Source of the DNA: an uncultured bacterium
GTDB lineage: Bacteria > Chloroflexota > Dehalococcoidia > UBA2979
Assembly (NCBI GenBank): GCA_964011795.1
Contig: CAXGQC010000001.1
Coordinates: 1-51,810, forward strand
DNA length: 51,810 nucleotides
Direction of reading: 5' to 3'
Below are positions 35,459-45,827 of this stretch, one piece after another. Each line of letters starts with the position of its first letter. Position 1 is the first letter of the stretch. Below the pieces are notes generated by a model. That model searched no databases. It was not told where the DNA came from and saw nothing but the letters and a program-made list of their open reading frames with translations. Position numbers and translations under genes: made by a program.

Positions 35459-36319
35459 ATGACTAACACTATCGACAGTATTCAGGATATTTCGAACGGA
35501 GATGTAATCGCCGAGTTAGACGATGAAGGTGTGCTCCTCACCACGTTCAATCGGCCTGAACAGATGAATGCTCTAAATCAAACACTTGGACTTGGACTTG
35601 GAGCTGCACTCAAGTTTGCTTCAGAAGAGGACTCAGTAAGAGCCATGGTGATCACGGGAAGTGGCCGAGCATTTTGTGCTGGCGCAGAAATTAGTGGAGA
35701 CAGAACTCCAGCCGAATCAGGTGAAGCACCAAGTGATGCGGCACCAACCGTTAGTCGCCATGAAAGACTTGTTCATCACAACCGTTCTGTACAGACAGCA
35801 CTAGGATTTATAAAGTCTGACGTCCCGATAATAGGCGCAATTAATGGCGCGACTGCTGGAGCAGGCTTTGGTATGGCAATGGCCTGCGATGTTCGCATTG
35901 CAGGAAAGTCGGCTCGTATGGGACCCATTTTTTTCAAACGCGGGATAGTGTCTGACTATGGAGTCCTTTGGTTTCTACCCAGAGTCGTCGGGAGTGCCAA
36001 GGCGTTCGAGGTGATGTATCACAGTGACGTCATGCCTTCAGAAAAGCTCTTAGAAATGGGACTAGTGAACCGTGTCGTCGAAGATGATGACCTCCTTACT
36101 GAGGCCTTAGCATATGCCAGAAAGGTAGCAGCAGGACCTCCATTAGCTGCATCAGAAATAAGGAGACTCCTGCATTCTTCACTAGATGCCACCGGGTCAG
36201 CCGAGCAATGGCTAATCCAAGAATGGAACGCTCAGGCAAGCCTACTAAAAACAACTGATGCCAAAGAAGGATTTCGCTCATTTGTAGAGAGGCGAGACCC
36301 TGACTTTAGGGGTTACTAG
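35459..36319 (+). CDS. enoyl-CoA hydratase/isomerase family protein
   Basis: Contains VITGSGRAFCAGAEI, GAINGATAGAGFGMAMACD and a C-terminal FVERRDPDF. Confidence 0.9.
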   Translation: MTNTIDSIQDISNGDVIAELDDEGVLLTTFNRPEQMNALNQTLGLGLGAALKFASEEDSVRAMVITGSGRAFCAGAEISGDRTPAESGEAPSDAAPTVSRHERLVHHNRSVQTALGFIKSDVPIIGAINGATAGAGFGMAMACDVRIAGKSARMGPIFFKRGIVSDYGVLWFLPRVVGSAKAFEVMYHSDVMPSEKLLEMGLVNRVVEDDDLLTEALAYARKVAAGPPLAASEIRRLLHSSLDATGSAEQWLIQEWNAQASLLKTTDAKEGFRSFVERRDPDFRGY

Positions 36320-36359
36320 GGACAAGTAAGTACGTGGTCCCTTACAGACGGTTTTAAAT

Positions 36360-37568
36360 ATGAGCAGACAACTATTCGAAGGTATCAAAGTCTTAGAACT
36401 GGGGACCATGGTTGGAGTTCCCTATTCTGGCAAACTCTTTGCAGACTACGGGGCAGAAGTGGTTAAGATAGAGCCACCAGAGGGCGATCCCTCCCGCTTA
36501 GAAGGGCCATTTCTCAACGACATCCCAGATAAAGAAGCCTCAGCTCTTTTTCTGCATCTGAATACGAGCAAAAGGTCCATAACATGCGATCTCTTTTCAT
36601 CAGCTGGGCGAGACATAGTCCGCACCTTAATTGAGCAACATGACATAGTGATTGAAAATTTTCCGCCGGGAACTCTCGATTCTTTAGGTTTGGGTTTCCA
36701 AGCGTTCGCGAAGGAAAAGCCTGACCTTGTATTAGGATCATTGACACCCTTCGGACAAACCGGTCCATGGAAGGATTTCAAGGGTTCAGAACTCGTCCTA
36801 CAAGCTATGGCCGGACCAATGCATATAAACGGGCACAGTTCACGTGAACCAATAAAACTCGGTGGGAATCTAGCTCACTATCACGCTGGATTAGCTTTGA
36901 CATATGCTTGCGCCCTGGCTCGACTAAGGGTCGAACGAGGAGGCTCGGGTGAGCATATAGACCAATCAGTATATGAAGCACAAGCCGGCTTCCGTGACAG
37001 AAGAACTCCGGGTCTCACGGCAGCATCTTACAGCGGCAAAAGTAGTAAAAGAGGAGGTCTTTCATCGCGGGTTGCCTCAGGACCACGACCGGCAAGTGAT
37101 GGGTATGCGAATATTTTCGCTGGGGCGAGTAAACACGTTCCTGAATTCTTAAGACTCATTGGCCGACCTGATCTGGCTGAACAACCAGATGCAGAAAAAC
37201 CATTTACTCAAATGGGAGAACAGTTCATAGAGGAACTTGAAGGTGCCTATGGAATTTGGCTCATTGAACGGACAAAGCGCGAGGCCGTTGCAGCGACCCA
37301 AGCAATCGGAATCCTGGGTGGAGCTGTTTTAACTATTGAGGATCTTCTCGATGATCCGCATTACCAAGAGCGTGACGTATGGGAAACCGTTGACCATCCT
37401 GTTACGGGTTCTATGCGTTATCCAGGAAGACATTTCGTGACGTCAGGCGCCACCAGACAACAAATGAACCGCGCACCACTACTCGGTGAACACACTGTGG
37501 AAATTCTCTCAAATATCGGATATTCGAATTCAGACTTAGTTCAGCTACGTCGGGCGAAGGTGATTTAG
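36360..37568 (+). CDS. family III CoA-transferase (alpha-type of pair 2)
   Basis: Contains IKVLELGTMVGVPYSGKLFADYGAEVVKIEPPEGDP and LNTSKRSI. Closely resembles the N-domain of the 799-aa fusion. Confidence 0.9.
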   Translation: MSRQLFEGIKVLELGTMVGVPYSGKLFADYGAEVVKIEPPEGDPSRLEGPFLNDIPDKEASALFLHLNTSKRSITCDLFSSAGRDIVRTLIEQHDIVIENFPPGTLDSLGLGFQAFAKEKPDLVLGSLTPFGQTGPWKDFKGSELVLQAMAGPMHINGHSSREPIKLGGNLAHYHAGLALTYACALARLRVERGGSGEHIDQSVYEAQAGFRDRRTPGLTAASYSGKSSKRGGLSSRVASGPRPASDGYANIFAGASKHVPEFLRLIGRPDLAEQPDAEKPFTQMGEQFIEELEGAYGIWLIERTKREAVAATQAIGILGGAVLTIEDLLDDPHYQERDVWETVDHPVTGSMRYPGRHFVTSGATRQQMNRAPLLGEHTVEILSNIGYSNSDLVQLRRAKVI

Positions 37569-37569
37569 T

Positions 37570-38922
37570 ATGAGCGACTCACAAAGCTCCCGAATGCTTC
37601 CTCTTGACGGCGTAAAAGTTGCTGCAGTGACAGTTGTATGGGCGGGACCACACTGCACTCAGGTCTTGGCTGAGTGGGGGGCCGAGGTCATTAGAGTAGA
37701 GCCAATTGACGCTATCCAGCCCTACTCGAGAGGGGCCGAGCGGATTGCGACGAAGGAGCAGGTAATCGAGAGCGTAAAGAATGGACTAACTCTGTTCGCT
37801 TATCCCGACTATGACCCTGGTCAAGAACCATGGAACAGGAATCCTGGTTTCAACTCTCATAGCCGTAATAAAAAGTCTATGGCCTGCAACATCATGACCC
37901 CCGAAGGGAAAATAGCTTTCTTGAAATTAATCAAAGAAGTCGACGTGTTAGTCGAAAACAATGTCCCTACAACTATTGAAAAGGCTGGGATCACCTACGA
38001 AACTCTCAAGGAAATAAATCCTCGTTTGATCATGCTTCGCATGCCCGCTTACGGGCTTTCAGGTCCGTACAAAGGGTACAGAGCATTCGGCACGCATGTA
38101 GAGGCAATGATTGGTCACCACTACATTCGTGGCTACCCCGACGGAACCCCTGATGAAACGGGCGAGGCTTTCACCGCCGATGCCTTCGCTGGACTTCTGG
38201 GAGCTACAGCGATCACTGCTGCTCTGCGCTATCGAGATACCACAGGTGAAGGTCAGCAAATTGAGATGCCACTTGCAGAAGGATTTCTACCAAATCTTGG
38301 GGAATTCATACTTGACTTTGAAATGAATGGTCGAGTCGCAGGACCTCAAGGAAATACACATCACTCGCACGCGCCTCACGGAGTCTTCCCAACATCAGGG
38401 GATGATCAATGGATAGCAATTGACGTATCAGAAGATGAAGAATGGTTTTCGCTTTGCGAGGTATTAGGTGCCGATACTCTCGCTAATGATGCTCGATTCC
38501 ACACCCAGTTATCAAGATTTCAAAATCGCGCGGTCTTGCATGATGAGCTGAACAAATACACAATCAAGCACCAAAAGTTCGACCTTTTTATAGAACTGCA
38601 GCGGTCTGGAGTATGTGCAGGGCCGGTCACAGATGATATGGAACTCCTCGAATCTCCCCAGTTGATCGATCGTGGTTTCTTTGAGGAACTCGAATCACCA
38701 GTCATCGGTAAACACAGATATCCGGGGATCATGACCAAGTGGGTTGGCACACCAAACTCAATCCGCACTCCTCCACCAAGACTGGGGGAGCACACCGAGG
38801 AAATATATAAACAGTTACTGGGCTACAGTGATGAGGAATATAACAAGCTACTCGAGGAGGGTCAGGTCGGTGACAGGTATCCAGACCATCTCCTACCGGA
38901 CTTCCTCAAAACGTCAAAATAA
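37570..38922 (+). CDS. family III CoA-transferase (beta-type of pair 2)
   Basis: Contains VTVVWAGPHCTQVLAEWGAEVIRVEP and PWNRNPGFNSHSRNKKSM. Resembles the C-domain of the fusion. Starts 1 nt after the upstream stop. Confidence 0.9.
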   Translation: MSDSQSSRMLPLDGVKVAAVTVVWAGPHCTQVLAEWGAEVIRVEPIDAIQPYSRGAERIATKEQVIESVKNGLTLFAYPDYDPGQEPWNRNPGFNSHSRNKKSMACNIMTPEGKIAFLKLIKEVDVLVENNVPTTIEKAGITYETLKEINPRLIMLRMPAYGLSGPYKGYRAFGTHVEAMIGHHYIRGYPDGTPDETGEAFTADAFAGLLGATAITAALRYRDTTGEGQQIEMPLAEGFLPNLGEFILDFEMNGRVAGPQGNTHHSHAPHGVFPTSGDDQWIAIDVSEDEEWFSLCEVLGADTLANDARFHTQLSRFQNRAVLHDELNKYTIKHQKFDLFIELQRSGVCAGPVTDDMELLESPQLIDRGFFEELESPVIGKHRYPGIMTKWVGTPNSIRTPPPRLGEHTEEIYKQLLGYSDEEYNKLLEEGQVGDRYPDHLLPDFLKTSK

Positions 38923-38937
38923 TCAGAAACTAGTAAT

Positions 38938-39759
38938 TTGCTGACGGAAATAATTGAACCCTTGCTTCTCATTTTCATTGGTGCAGCCATCGGTACATAT
39001 GCTGGTGCGATCGGGGCAGGGGGCGGGTTCCTGATCGCACCTTTTCTACTGTTCCGATATCCTACTGCGACTGCAGCGGAGATAACTGCCGCCTCGCTCT
39101 TATATGTAGTTGTCAATTCCGCTCTTCAGGTTTTAGTCGCATTCAAGGAAAATCGAATTGATGGCCGTCTGGTAGTGCTGCTTGCTGCGATAGGGGTACC
39201 AGCTGCGGTTGTGGGAGGAGCTACAACAGGATTAGTTCCCCGAGACTACTTCGCAGTTGGATTTGGCGTCTTCTTGGTACTAATCGGCATATACGTAATT
39301 GTCCGACCAACGGCAGTCCCGGAACCCACAACTGGCGACGGATGGCAAAGGAATATCAAAGACAGAAATGGGACTATCTTTCGGTTTAGGATTCCTCTAA
39401 TTCGTTCGGCATTAGCTCAGGCAGCTACCGCATTTTTCTCAGCCCTTGCGGGTATCGGCGGCGGGCCAATAGGAATGCCTGTAATGACTCGCGTGCAGAA
39501 AGTGCCTCATGAAATCGCGGTCCCAAGCATGCATCTACTAATATTTATCCAATCAATCTCTGTCACAGGCCTGCATATAGTGAATGGGGTAAACGGATCT
39601 CCTCTTGGTGATCTCCCATGGTTAGCAGCAGGCGTAATAATATCGGCTCCTCTAGCGGCCAAATTCCGTCGGATCAGTGGCGAGGGGAAATTAATGAGAG
39701 CTCTTGCGATTGGACTTATTGCCATCGGTGCAAGTGCGGTCTTCGATATTTTCAGATAA
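38938..39759 (+). CDS. TauE/SafE (TSUP, DUF81) family anion exporter
   Basis: Multi-TM protein with two GAIGAGGG / LAGIGGGP repeats typical of TSUP. TTG start, no nearby ATG. Confidence 0.75.
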   Translation: MLTEIIEPLLLIFIGAAIGTYAGAIGAGGGFLIAPFLLFRYPTATAAEITAASLLYVVVNSALQVLVAFKENRIDGRLVVLLAAIGVPAAVVGGATTGLVPRDYFAVGFGVFLVLIGIYVIVRPTAVPEPTTGDGWQRNIKDRNGTIFRFRIPLIRSALAQAATAFFSALAGIGGGPIGMPVMTRVQKVPHEIAVPSMHLLIFIQSISVTGLHIVNGVNGSPLGDLPWLAAGVIISAPLAAKFRRISGEGKLMRALAIGLIAIGASAVFDIFR

Positions 39760-39770
39760 TATTCATCTTT

Positions 39771-41084
39771 ATGAGTCCCGATAATCTAATTTCTAAAGAA
39801 GAGTTCCTGAAACGGCGCGAACGTTTTATGAGAAAAATAGGGGATGGAAATGTTGCAGTCGTCGTATCTGGTGAGGAAATCATAAGAAATGGAGACGTAC
39901 ATTATCCATTTAGACAGAATTCGTCCTTCCACTACCTGACAGGATTTCCAGAACCGAGCTCAGTTGCGGTGTTTGCCCCGGGTACTGAGAAACCATACAG
40001 CCTATTTGTCCGGCCGCATGATCCTGTGATGGAAACGTGGGTTGGTCCCCGGATAGGTCTTCGCAAAACTATAAGCCGATTCGGTGCCGACCGTTCATTC
40101 GATATCGCGGACATTCTTGAGGAACTCCCGAAACTTTTGAACCAAGCTGACACCATTTGGTACAGCATCGGTAGCAACGCAAAAATCGATCAAATCGTTG
40201 GCAACCAAATTTCTGAACGAAGAGACGGACTACAACGGGGTGGTGCTGCCTTGGAAGCCGTCCGAGACCCACAAGAATTAATTGACGAACTAAGGTTAAT
40301 TAAATCGCGAAGTGAGATAAGCGCGTTACAGAGAGCCATAGACATCACTGCTGCTGGACTCGCCCATATCAGAGACTATGTCGAGCCCGGAAAAACAGAA
40401 TACGAGGTCCAAGGAACTTTGGAGTCTGAATATCGAAAGCTAGGATCACCTCGGGATGGTTTCCCTTCGATAGTCGCAGCAGGACATAATTCCTGTACGC
40501 TTCATTATATCGACAATCGTGATCTCATTAAAAACGGAGATTTGCTCCTACTCGATACAGGCGCTGAATGGGATTTTTATTCTGCCGATGTCAGTCGTAC
40601 CTACCCGGCAAACGGTAAATTCACCTCCGTTCAGAAAGACGTCTACGATATTGTCTGGTCGGCACAGCAAACAGCGATCGAAGCAGTACGGCCAGGGGCT
40701 AGTTTCTATGACCCACACGATGCGGCTGTCCGGGTCTTGATAGAAGGGCTGAAAGATCTGAAAGTGCTCAAGGGTAATAGGAAGTCGATCGAATCGTCAT
40801 TCGGCTATAGACCATACTACATGCATGGCACCAGTCATTGGCTTGGTCTGGATGTTCATGACGCTGGAAAATATCGAAACGCTGATCAAACACCAGTAGC
40901 TCTAAAACCAGGAATGGTACTCACGGTTGAACCTGGTCTCTACTTCCCTAGATCGATCGACGGCATTCCAGCTGAGCTGCGTGGAATCGGAATTAGAATC
41001 GAAGACGACATTCTTGTTACCCGAACAAAATACCGAAATCTCTCAGCGGCAATACCATCTAAATCAGACGAAGTGTCAGATTAA
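39771..41084 (+). CDS. pepP: Xaa-Pro aminopeptidase (M24B)
   Basis: Contains [42 protein letters not shown] and IRIEDD. The start at 39771 is chosen because the longer track ORF overlaps the TauE gene. Confidence 0.9.
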   Translation: MSPDNLISKEEFLKRRERFMRKIGDGNVAVVVSGEEIIRNGDVHYPFRQNSSFHYLTGFPEPSSVAVFAPGTEKPYSLFVRPHDPVMETWVGPRIGLRKTISRFGADRSFDIADILEELPKLLNQADTIWYSIGSNAKIDQIVGNQISERRDGLQRGGAALEAVRDPQELIDELRLIKSRSEISALQRAIDITAAGLAHIRDYVEPGKTEYEVQGTLESEYRKLGSPRDGFPSIVAAGHNSCTLHYIDNRDLIKNGDLLLLDTGAEWDFYSADVSRTYPANGKFTSVQKDVYDIVWSAQQTAIEAVRPGASFYDPHDAAVRVLIEGLKDLKVLKGNRKSIESSFGYRPYYMHGTSHWLGLDVHDAGKYRNADQTPVALKPGMVLTVEPGLYFPRSIDGIPAELRGIGIRIEDDILVTRTKYRNLSAAIPSKSDEVSD

Positions 41085-44000
41085 CTACAACCTGTCGTTT
41101 CCCCACATATCACGCATTTTAGACAAGTTCCGGATCGCACCATCTTGAATTCACCACACATAGGACAGGCATCGCCCTCAAAACCATATCTCTTCGCCTC
41201 GATCTGCTGAGCCATAAGGGTTGGTTCACCAGTCTCTGAAATCAAATTACTGGCAGCCGTGGGCACTGGGATTTCTGATTTTGGTTCATCAATAACAGGT
41301 AACGCCGCAGGAAATTCCAATACGGATATATTGTCTGGTGCTTCACTCTGCTCGCTTGAATATACCTCTGTATTTGTTTCATCTATCTCAGCCTCAATAG
41401 CTGGTACATGAGCAAGATTATCCATACCGAGATATGTGACACCAAGATCTCTGAATATATAGTCGATAATCGATCGTGCATTCTTAATTCGGTCATGTCC
41501 TTGTACGATACCGGCTGGCTCAAAAGCCCTGAAGGTAAACTTATCAACGAATGTTTCCAACGGGACGCCATGCTGCAGACCCACTGACACCGCTGTCGCA
41601 AAACAGTTCATCAGACTTCTAAAGGCTGCACCATCCTTCGCGGTGTCAATAAATATCTCACCAAGCCGGGGTCTGCCGTCACGCCCTACCTCTGGATAGT
41701 CTCCAGTCCTGAGATAAATTGTGTGGCCACCGACTGTCGCCTTTTGGGTATAGCCGCCCGGCCGTCTAGCCGGAAGCTCTTCCCGCTGACCTCGTCCGAG
41801 ACCAACCAATCTTTCGGCGGACTCCACAATGGCCTGGGTGAATTCCTCTGTATCCTCAAACTCATCCGCTCCGAAAAGTAAGGCGCTCTTGTCGGAAGAA
41901 AGTGGTTGTGAAAGTTTCGAACCATCTCGATATAGTGCCAATGCCTTGACCCCAAGAGATGCCGCCTCATCATAGACCTCTGTGACTTCCGTGACGGTAG
42001 CCTCAGCGGGCATATTGATTGTCTTCGATATGGCTCCTGACAGGAATGGTTGTGCAGCTGCCAACATCCGAACATGCGCCATAGGATCAATGTACCGCGT
42101 GCCGTAATCACCACACTTATTTGCGCAATCAAATACTGCGAGATGTCCGTCTTCTAGATATGGTGCACCTTCAACTGTCATTCGACCATTCACATAGTCG
42201 TTGGCCTCAGTGATTTGTTCAAGAGAATAGCCAACTGCACTCAACAGATCGAACCCAAACACAGACGAGTCATCCTCGCTGAGACCAATCTTAGATATAA
42301 AGCCCTCCCTGGCAACCAAAGTGTTGAAAGCGACAGAAATATGAGGGGCCCATACCAAAGCATCTTCGACCGCCCGAATGTCGTCACTTTCAAATCCAAT
42401 AGTCGTCAGTGATCCTATATTGATACCCGGAGCACCTTCTAGCGTATGAGCTCCAATAGTGTATTGAGTGATCTCCTGGATTTGCTCCTCTGAATAACCA
42501 AGCTCCTTTAACGCTAATGGCACCGACTCGTTAATTATTCGGAAGAAACCGCCACCAGCTAGCTTTTTGAACTTGACTAGCGCGAAATCTGGCTCCACGC
42601 CAGTAGTATCACAATCCATTAGCAGACCGATAGTGCCGGTTGGTGCGATTAGTGTGGTCTGAGCATTTCTAAACCCGTGGGCTTCGCCCAATTCTACAGC
42701 TATATCCCACCATTTCCTCGCCGAAGACAGAAGTTTTTCATCAGCATCGATCTCATTGATCGGCATCGGGAGAACACTAAGTTGTTCATAATCATCCGGT
42801 GGCGATGCAATGGCCGCTCTTCTATGATTCCGCATAACGCGCATCATATTTTCTGCGTTTTCTTCGTATCGTGGGAATGGTCCTATTTCAGATGCCATTT
42901 CCGCCGACGTAGCATAAGAACATCCTGTCATGATCGCAGTTAATGTCCCAGACATTGCCAACGCCTCAGGTGAATCGTAAGGCACACCCTTCTGCATGAG
43001 CAGTGCACCTAAATTGGCATAACCCAAACCAAGGGTTCTATAGTCATACGACCGTCGAGCAATAGCTTCCGAAGGAAACTGAGCCATGAGGACGGAAATC
43101 TCTAGCACGATAGTCCACAGTCTTATTCCATGCTCATAGCCCTCAATATCGAACTCTTTGGTCGTGGTGTCATAAAATGACGCAAGATTCAATGAAGCCA
43201 AGTTACACGCAGTATCATCCAAGAACATGTATTCAGAACAGGGATTCGAGCCATTAATCCGCCCACCAGCTGGGCTAGTATGCCACTCATTTATCGTGGA
43301 ATCATACTGAACACCAGGATCAGCACTTTGCCAAGCTGCTAGAGCCACTTTCGACCATAAGTCTTTTGCTCGAATAGTCCTCGAAACGTTTCCGTCAGTA
43401 CGGCGCGTTAGGTCCCACGAGTCATCTCGGCGGACAGCATCAAGAAATTCAGCGGTAACCCGAATGGAATTATTTGAGTTTTGCCCAGATACACTCTGAT
43501 AAGCTTCACCCTGCCAATCCAAATCAAACTCCGCAAAATCAAGCTGACCAAGACCTTGCTCAACCAAGTCCAACACGCGAACAATCACAGCTTCAACTAC
43601 GTTATCAGCACGTGCAAGGCGGATGGCCTTACGCAGTGATTTATTTTTTTCTACATCAGTCCCACCGATTGATTGATCAGATGCTAGATCGAAAATACTA
43701 GTCAAATGGCGTCTAGTTATTTTCGCTCCCGTTACAAGGGCAGCTACTTTCTGCTCTTCATTGACCTTCCAGTCCACGAATTCCTCAATATCGGGATGAT
43801 CAGCATCAAGTATCACCATCTTTGCTGCTCGTCTTGTAGTTCCACCGGATTTGATAGCACCAGCTGCCCGGTCACCGATTTTCAAAAAAGACATTAGACC
43901 GGAGGATTGGCCGCCACCCGATAATTCCTCACTGTCACCTCTTATAGAGGAGAAATTCGACCCGGTACCCGACCCATATTTGAACACTCGTGCCTCACGA

Positions 44001-44632
44001 GTCCAAAGATCCATTATCCCGCCTTGATTAACCAAATCATCAGCCACAGATTGGATAAAACAGGCGTGAGGTTGAGGTCGCTCATACGCCGACGTTGACG
44101 GTTTCATTTCTGCTGATTCAGGATCTACAAACCAGTGACCTTGAGGTGGACCTTGTATTCCGTAGGCCCAATTGAGTCCTGTGTTAAACCACTGCGGGGA
44201 ATTAGGAGCGACCATCTGCCGTGCCATCATATGCCTTACTTCATCAGCGAAAGCTAAAGCATTTTCCTCATCATCAAAATAACCATTTTTCAATCCCCAG
44301 TAAGCCCATGTCAGCCCCAGGCGATCGAAAGCTTCACGAGCATCGACTTCTCCTCTGAAGTTGGTTCCCTCTGCAGGCACCCTCCTCTGAGCCCACTCTG
44401 GTACTCCTTCCTCAGGAACTGGAACGGACTCTTCGGGTACGCCGGCTCTGCGAAAATACTTTTGAGCCATCACATCAGTCGCCACCTGTGAAAATGATTC
44501 CGGGATCAGAATGTCGTTAGCCTCAAATACGACAGTCCCATCAAATTCAGTTATCCTTGAATCTTTTTTTACAAAATTAACGCCCTGATATGGACTCTGA
44601 CCTGCCTTAGTGAAACGACGTTCGATATGCAT
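41081..44632 (-). CDS. nrdJ: class II (adenosylcobalamin-dependent) ribonucleotide reductase, long form
   Basis: Contains [21 protein letters not shown] and [36 protein letters not shown], with a C-terminal Cys4 finger CPMCGEF...[15 protein letters not shown] upstream. Confidence 0.95.
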   Translation of the reverse strand: MHIERRFTKAGQSPYQGVNFVKKDSRITEFDGTVVFEANDILIPESFSQVATDVMAQKYFRRAGVPEESVPVPEEGVPEWAQRRVPAEGTNFRGEVDAREAFDRLGLTWAYWGLKNGYFDDEENALAFADEVRHMMARQMVAPNSPQWFNTGLNWAYGIQGPPQGHWFVDPESAEMKPSTSAYERPQPHACFIQSVADDLVNQGGIMDLWTREARVFKYGSGTGSNFSSIRGDSEELSGGGQSSGLMSFLKIGDRAAGAIKSGGTTRRAAKMVILDADHPDIEEFVDWKVNEEQKVAALVTGAKITRRHLTSIFDLASDQSIGGTDVEKNKSLRKAIRLARADNVVEAVIVRVLDLVEQGLGQLDFAEFDLDWQGEAYQSVSGQNSNNSIRVTAEFLDAVRRDDSWDLTRRTDGNVSRTIRAKDLWSKVALAAWQSADPGVQYDSTINEWHTSPAGGRINGSNPCSEYMFLDDTACNLASLNLASFYDTTTKEFDIEGYEHGIRLWTIVLEISVLMAQFPSEAIARRSYDYRTLGLGYANLGALLMQKGVPYDSPEALAMSGTLTAIMTGCSYATSAEMASEIGPFPRYEENAENMMRVMRNHRRAAIASPPDDYEQLSVLPMPINEIDADEKLLSSARKWWDIAVELGEAHGFRNAQTTLIAPTGTIGLLMDCDTTGVEPDFALVKFKKLAGGGFFRIINESVPLALKELGYSEEQIQEITQYTIGAHTLEGAPGINIGSLTTIGFESDDIRAVEDALVWAPHISVAFNTLVAREGFISKIGLSEDDSSVFGFDLLSAVGYSLEQITEANDYVNGRMTVEGAPYLEDGHLAVFDCANKCGDYGTRYIDPMAHVRMLAAAQPFLSGAISKTINMPAEATVTEVTEVYDEAASLGVKALALYRDGSKLSQPLSSDKSALLFGADEFEDTEEFTQAIVESAERLVGLGRGQREELPARRPGGYTQKATVGGHTIYLRTGDYPEVGRDGRPRLGEIFIDTAKDGAAFRSLMNCFATAVSVGLQHGVPLETFVDKFTFRAFEPAGIVQGHDRIKNARSIIDYIFRDLGVTYLGMDNLAHVPAIEAEIDETNTEVYSSEQSEAPDNISVLEFPAALPVIDEPKSEIPVPTAASNLISETGEPTLMAQQIEAKRYGFEGDACPMCGEFKMVRSGTCLKCVICGETTGCS

Positions 44633-44743
44633 TTGTTACTCCTAATGAAGTGCGTACGATTTCTTTCTATCTAGCACCGATTCTCGAGCGAATTTATAAC
44701 GTTAGTCGCCCGAGTATTTGCGTCAAAAAACACTGGGTAATGA

Positions 44744-44773
44744 ACTGTACAATTTTTCCTAGTGGCCTGTCAA
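44744..44773 (-). promoter_or_regulatory. candidate sigma70-type promoter of nrdJ (TTGACA-18 nt-TACAGT)
   Basis: Read on the minus strand about 110 nt upstream of the nrdJ ATG. Sequence match only. Confidence 0.3.
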
Positions 44774-44864
44774 TATCAAGTGCATAGGCGCCTATACATT
44801 TAGGGAGAAAAAACTAACCAATTCGATAATTGATTAACAATGACGCTATTGAACCGTTTACTAA

Positions 44865-45632
44865 TCAGCCTCTAAGGAAAACTGGACCTGTCTCGGTCGA
44901 CAAATCATGACTGTATTCGTAGCCTTCTTCTCGAAAACTCTCGAGATCTGAAGGTTGATCAATACGATTCTTTATCATCCATCTGGCCATCACACCCCTG
45001 GCATTCTTGGCAAAAAACGAAATAATCTTATATTGGCCGTTCTTCCAGTCTTTGAACACTGGTGTATTAACAGTCACAGTATCTCGATTCATCGAAACTG
45101 CCTTGAAGTACTCATTCGAAGCCAAATTAACGATAATTTCATCACCAGATGTCTCCAGATCGTCAATAATCTGCTCAAAGATTTGTGTCCCCCAATAGTC
45201 ATATAGATCTGAGCCAATCGACGTTTTCACCCTGGTTCCCATTTCGAGGCGATACGGCTGGATAAGATCCAAGGGGCGCAACAGCCCATATAAACCTGAC
45301 AAAATTCTCAGATGATCCTGCGCATATTCGAGGTCTTCATCATTGAATTTTTCAATATCTAATCCCTTGTATACGTCACCCGAGAACGCGTACGCCGCAG
45401 GTTTCGAATTATTCTCCGTAAAGGGAGTCCTAAATGAGTCAAATCGCTCCGCTGTTAACGCACCAATCTTCTCACTCACAGACATGAGCGACATGAGATC
45501 GGCCGCGCTGTAAGACCTCATCGTTTCTACAAGGTCCTTACTCTTGTTCAATAAACGGGGCTCGGTACTCTGCACATTACATTGCCATCGATCAAAATTT
45601 TGTCCCTTTGCCGGTGACAATAAAATGAGCAT
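44865..45632 (-). CDS. yaaA: YaaA (UPF0246/DUF328) peroxide-stress protein
   Basis: N-terminus MLILLSPAKGQNF. 255 aa. Confidence 0.9.
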   Translation of the reverse strand: MLILLSPAKGQNFDRWQCNVQSTEPRLLNKSKDLVETMRSYSAADLMSLMSVSEKIGALTAERFDSFRTPFTENNSKPAAYAFSGDVYKGLDIEKFNDEDLEYAQDHLRILSGLYGLLRPLDLIQPYRLEMGTRVKTSIGSDLYDYWGTQIFEQIIDDLETSGDEIIVNLASNEYFKAVSMNRDTVTVNTPVFKDWKNGQYKIISFFAKNARGVMARWMIKNRIDQPSDLESFREEGYEYSHDLSTETGPVFLRG

Positions 45633-45827
45633 GATTCAAACCCGTTCTGCCATCGAGCTACGTTTCTCTATTTCTATGGCTCTTACAGGATATCAATATA
45701 TAAAGAGTTTAGGCTTCGTTAATTAGCTTGACTAACTCCCATGACAACATAGACGATTATCGCACCCCAAATTAAGCGAATCGATATCACTGGAGATGTT
45801 GTCTGTATAACTTTGTGCCCCTTGAAC

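Noticed and set aside
41081-44632. Possible intein or insertion element explaining the 1183-aa length of NrdJ
   Set aside because: I saw no intein block motifs (an N-terminal Cys/Ser splice junction followed by a ...HN-C/S/T junction), and the conserved RNR blocks are contiguous. Long (~1200 aa) class II RNRs with this N-terminus (MHIERRFTK...YQG) and the C-terminal Cys4 finger are a known form.
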